Shown here: piece after piece, positions 61,310-64,000 of the stretch
How the letters are laid out: every line of letters starts with the position of its first letter
Position numbering within the stretch: position 1 is the first letter of the stretch
Origin: Vicinamibacterales bacterium
GTDB taxonomy: Bacteria; Acidobacteriota; Vicinamibacteria; Vicinamibacterales; UBA8438
Direction of reading: 5' to 3'
Assembly: GCA_965214865.1 (NCBI GenBank)
Contig: CBDCCN010000001.1
Location: 451,747-515,746, forward strand
DNA length: 64,000 nt
Translations under genes and position numbers: made by a program
The notes under the pieces: generated by a model
Database searches by the model: none
The model's input: only the letters and a program-made list of their open reading frames with translations
Told to the model about the DNA's origin: nothing

Positions 61310-61417
61310 ACTTGACGGCGATCGGACCGCCCGACGGTGCGCGGGCCGCCGCGGATCCCGAACCATCGGAGGACCGCGACTCCGGAGCGTCGGAGGAGGA
61401 TCCGGAGGAGCGAGACG

Positions 61418-62635
61418 ATGAGCCGTTTTCGAGTCGGACCGGGGTTCCTGGTCGCCGCCGCGTTCATCGGACCGGGAACCCTGGTCACCGCGAGCCGTGC
61501 GGGCGCCGGATACGGGACCACGCTGCTCTGGGCGGTCCTGTTCTCGGTGGTCACCACCGTCATCCTGCAGGACATGGCGGCGCGGGTCGGCCTCGCCGGC
61601 CGGCGCGGGTTCGCCGAGGCCATACGCGACAGCCTCGCGAACCCCCTGCTCCGGGCGGGGGCGCTCGGCCTCATCGCGACGACCATCCTGGTCGGCAACG
61701 CGGCGTTCCAGACCGGCAACCTGCTCGGCGCGTCGCTCGGCGTCAGCCTCCTCACGGGGCTGCCGCAGGGGCTGCTGGTCGCGATCGTCGGCGGGCTGGC
61801 CGGCGCCCTGCTGATGACCGGCACCTACCGGACGATTCAGAACGCGCTGGTCGCCCTGGTGGGACTGATGAGCGTGGTGTTCCTTCTGACCGCCGTCCTC
61901 ACCGCTCCCGACCTCGGCGAGCTGCTTTCCGGGCTGCTGATCCCGCGGGTCCCTCCGGGAGCGCTGCTCACGGTGCTGGCGCTCATCGGCACCACCGTCA
62001 TTCCCTACAACCTCTTCCTCCACGCCAGCGCCGTCCTCGAACGGTGGCCGGACGCGGACCGGAACGAACGGAACATCCGCGAGAGCCGGCAGGATACGCT
62101 GTTCTCGGTGGCGCTCGGGGGCCTGATCACGGCCGCGGTGGTGATCGCCGCCTCGCCGCTGCTCGGGCAGGGCGCGGACGCCGCCGACGCGGCGACGGTG
62201 GCGGCGCGCCTCGAACCCCTGCTCGGGAGCGCGGCGCCGCTGTTCTTCGGGATCGGACTCTTCTCCGCCGGCCTGACTTCGGCGATCACCGCGCCGCTGG
62301 CCGCCGCCTACGCGGCAGGCGGCGCGATGGGCTGGGGAACCGATCTGCGAAGCGGCCGCTTCCGCCTGCTCTGGGGCTTCGTGCTGCTGACCGGCATGTT
62401 CTGCGGCATCTTCCTGGGCGCGTCGCCGTACCAGATCATCCTGCTCGCCCAGGCCGGAAACGCCGTGGTGCTGCCGCTGGCCCTGGTGCTGCTGCTGATC
62501 GTCGCGAACCGCAGCGGCATCATGGGCCGGTACCGCAACTCGCGGCTCGCCAACGTCCTCGGCGCGTTCGTGGTTTTCGTGATCGTCGGACTATCGATGG
62601 TTCAGTTGGCCCGGGTTTTCGGTCTGGCGGGGTAG
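61418..62635 (+). CDS. mntH: NRAMP-family divalent metal transporter
   Basis: ATG 61418 after GGAGGAG. GPGFLVAAAFIGPGTLVTAS, multiple TM segments and GTTVIPYNLFLHAS. Confidence 0.85.
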   Translation: MSRFRVGPGFLVAAAFIGPGTLVTASRAGAGYGTTLLWAVLFSVVTTVILQDMAARVGLAGRRGFAEAIRDSLANPLLRAGALGLIATTILVGNAAFQTGNLLGASLGVSLLTGLPQGLLVAIVGGLAGALLMTGTYRTIQNALVALVGLMSVVFLLTAVLTAPDLGELLSGLLIPRVPPGALLTVLALIGTTVIPYNLFLHASAVLERWPDADRNERNIRESRQDTLFSVALGGLITAAVVIAASPLLGQGADAADAATVAARLEPLLGSAAPLFFGIGLFSAGLTSAITAPLAAAYAAGGAMGWGTDLRSGRFRLLWGFVLLTGMFCGIFLGASPYQIILLAQAGNAVVLPLALVLLLIVANRSGIMGRYRNSRLANVLGAFVVFVIVGLSMVQLARVFGLAG

Positions 62636-62652
62636 CGTAGTACTCCGACACG

Positions 62653-63441
62653 GTGCACACCCCCATGACCCGGACGGAAAGGCCGCCGGACGGATTGACG
62701 CGGATCCCTTCCGGGAACGGCGCTGCATCGCCCCACGGTGCGGAACCAGCCCGCCGCCTCGTGGATGCCGGCGGCTGGCGCACCGCCGCGGGCGCCGGCG
62801 CTCTGGCGGCGTCCTCGAGGTCTACACGTGCGAGCGCGAGTACTTCCTGGCGCACCGCCGCGGGCGCCGGCGCTCTGGCGGCGGCGCTGCTGGCGGCGGC
62901 GCCGCCGTCCGCGGCTCCACTGCCGGAGGCGGCCTACCTCGACGGTCCTCCGCCGGCCCACGCCGGCGGCTTCGGCGGCGACACCTGCCACGCCTGCCAC
63001 TTCGAGAACGACCTCGACGCCCCCGGCGGCTCGCTCACCCTCGGCGGCGTGCCGGACACGTTCGACCCGTCCGTGACCTACCGCATCACGGTGTCCCTGG
63101 AGCGGCCGGGGATGGAGCGCGCCGGTTTCCAGCTCGCGGCGCGCGCGGGCGGCGGGGACGAAGCAGGCGGACCGGCAGGCACGCTGGAAGTCGTGGACGG
63201 CGACGAGCGCGTCCAGGTCGTCACCGCTTCGGACGGCGTGACTTACGCCCAGCACACGGCGCCGGGAACCGCGCTCACCGGCCCGGAGACGACCTCCTGG
63301 ACCGTCGAATGGCGCCCGCCCGCCATCGACGCGGCGGCGGTCGTCTTCCACGCGGCGGCCAACGCCGCGAACGACGACGCATCGGAGTTCGGGGACTTCA
63401 TCTACACCGCGTCGGCGGCGGCGCGTCCCGCCAGCCCGTGA
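62653..63441 (+). CDS. exported hypothetical protein with a CxxCH motif (start uncertain; GTG 62761 possible)
   Basis: GGFGGDTCHACHFEND, GFQLAAR, VTYAQHT and FHAAANAANDDASEFGDFIY. The N-terminal region contains an in-frame duplicated signal-peptide-like segment. Confidence 0.65.
   Translation: MHTPMTRTERPPDGLTRIPSGNGAASPHGAEPARRLVDAGGWRTAAGAGALAASSRSTRASASTSWRTAAGAGALAAALLAAAPPSAAPLPEAAYLDGPPPAHAGGFGGDTCHACHFENDLDAPGGSLTLGGVPDTFDPSVTYRITVSLERPGMERAGFQLAARAGGGDEAGGPAGTLEVVDGDERVQVVTASDGVTYAQHTAPGTALTGPETTSWTVEWRPPAIDAAAVVFHAAANAANDDASEFGDFIYTASAAARPASP
62775..62883 (+). repeat. 37-bp perfect direct repeat with 72-bp period inside the 5' end of the CxxCH gene
   Basis: ctggcgcaccgccgcgggcgccggcgctctggcggcg occurs at 62775-62811 and 62847-62883. 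It encodes WRTAAGAGALAA twice, in frame. Confidence 0.9.
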
Positions 63442-63584
63442 CGAGCCGGTCAAGGGCGGCGGTCGGGAGCCGCTCCACGAATCGACCGCCGTTGCTATGA
63501 TTCGTATTCGCTGTCGTCAGGGACGCTCAGGGAAAGGATCATCTTGCACGCCGCCAGGGTATCGACAGCCGCAGGATGGCTGCC

Positions 63585-64000
63585 ATGAGGACGGTGGGTT
63601 TCGTCGGCTGGCGCGGGATGGTCGGCTCGGTTCTGCTGGACCGGATGCAGTCGGAGGGCGACTTCGGCGGCTGCGAACCGGTGTTCTTCTCTACCTCCCA
63701 GGCTGGACAGCAGGGTCCCGAAGCCGGGGGCGGCGAGGCGTTGCGTGATGCGAACGACGTCCGGGCCCTCGCCGAAACCGACGTCGTGGTGACGTGCCAG
63801 GGCGGCGACTACACGAAGTCCGTCCACGGCGCGCTGCGGGAGACCGGCTGGAACGGCTACTGGATCGACGCCGCGTCCGCGCTGCGCATGAACGACACCA
63901 GCGTCGTCATCCTCGATCCGGTGAACCGCCGCGTCATCGACCAGGCCCTCGACGCCGGCACGAAGGACTTCATCGGGGGCAACTGCACCGTCAGCCTGAT
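63585..64000 (+). CDS. asd: aspartate-semialdehyde dehydrogenase, 5' part (runs off the window)
   Basis: Not in the track because no stop falls inside the window. My own translation gives MRTVGFVGWRGMVGSVLLDRMQSEGDF...VVTCQGGDYT...GYWIDAASALRMNDTSVVILDPVN...FIGGNCTVSL, closely parallel to E. coli Asd as I remember it. An alternative in-frame ATG is at 63576. Confidence 0.9.
   Translation, partial: MRTVGFVGWRGMVGSVLLDRMQSEGDFGGCEPVFFSTSQAGQQGPEAGGGEALRDANDVRALAETDVVVTCQGGDYTKSVHGALRETGWNGYWIDAASALRMNDTSVVILDPVNRRVIDQALDAGTKDFIGGNCTVSL

Noticed and set aside
61310-61417. A possible Mn-sensing riboswitch (yybP-ykoY type) ahead of the NRAMP gene.
   Set aside because: I could not recognise the conserved core of that riboswitch in the 108-nt leader. 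An Rfam scan would be needed to exclude it.
56988-62883. The short tandem and direct repeats (9 bp x 4; 37 bp x 2) considered as possible CRISPR-like arrays.
   Set aside because: The repeat lengths, copy numbers and spacing do not fit CRISPR architecture, and no cas genes are present.

Overview
This is a high-GC segment (roughly 68-70% by eye, not computed) from a Gram-negative bacterium. It is probably Acidobacteriota- or Gemmatimonadota-like, inferred from GGAGG-type ribosome-binding sites, a CarboxypepD_reg-type TonB-dependent receptor and many Sec/Tat-exported beta-propeller enzymes. I can support about 50 protein-coding genes or pseudogenes. I recognised no rRNA, tRNA, CRISPR array, integrase or transposase. 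All family names are recalled from motifs read in the translations; no search was run.

The backbone encodes exported catabolic enzymes:
- five PQQ-type or PQQ-like beta-propeller proteins, a lactonase and a DUF1080 protein
- L-asparaginase II, D-aminoacylase, an M20 peptidase, an amidase and alpha/beta hydrolases
- an HpcH aldolase and a 2-hydroxyacid-dehydrogenase / kinase / enolase cluster
- a TonB-dependent receptor facing a heme-motif / Vgb-like propeller operon, an NRAMP transporter, and asd (cut by the window end)

Three accessory patches interrupt this backbone:
1. 2.4-5.1 kb: toxin-antitoxin debris (HicB-like, MntA-HepT, PIN remnant).
2. 11.0-18.9 kb: an AAA-like/PD-(D/E)XK protein divergent from a 1,737-aa DEDD-exonuclease-RecQ-UvrD triple fusion. 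This is my top candidate for an undescribed nucleic-acid-targeting system.
3. 48.4-53.3 kb: a MazEF relic, DUF1801, an RHH-unknown-minimal-nucleotidyltransferase trio, and a translationally coupled AlbA_2/HATPase_c_4 + ParA-like pair bracketed by a 77-bp perfect repeat.

The window also carries many single-base frame disruptions (densest at 36.2-38.8 kb), gene 3'-end relics and internal deletions. Sequence alone cannot tell real decay from assembly indels. Most long Arg/Ala/Gly/Pro-rich ORFs in the six-frame track are antisense or off-frame shadows.
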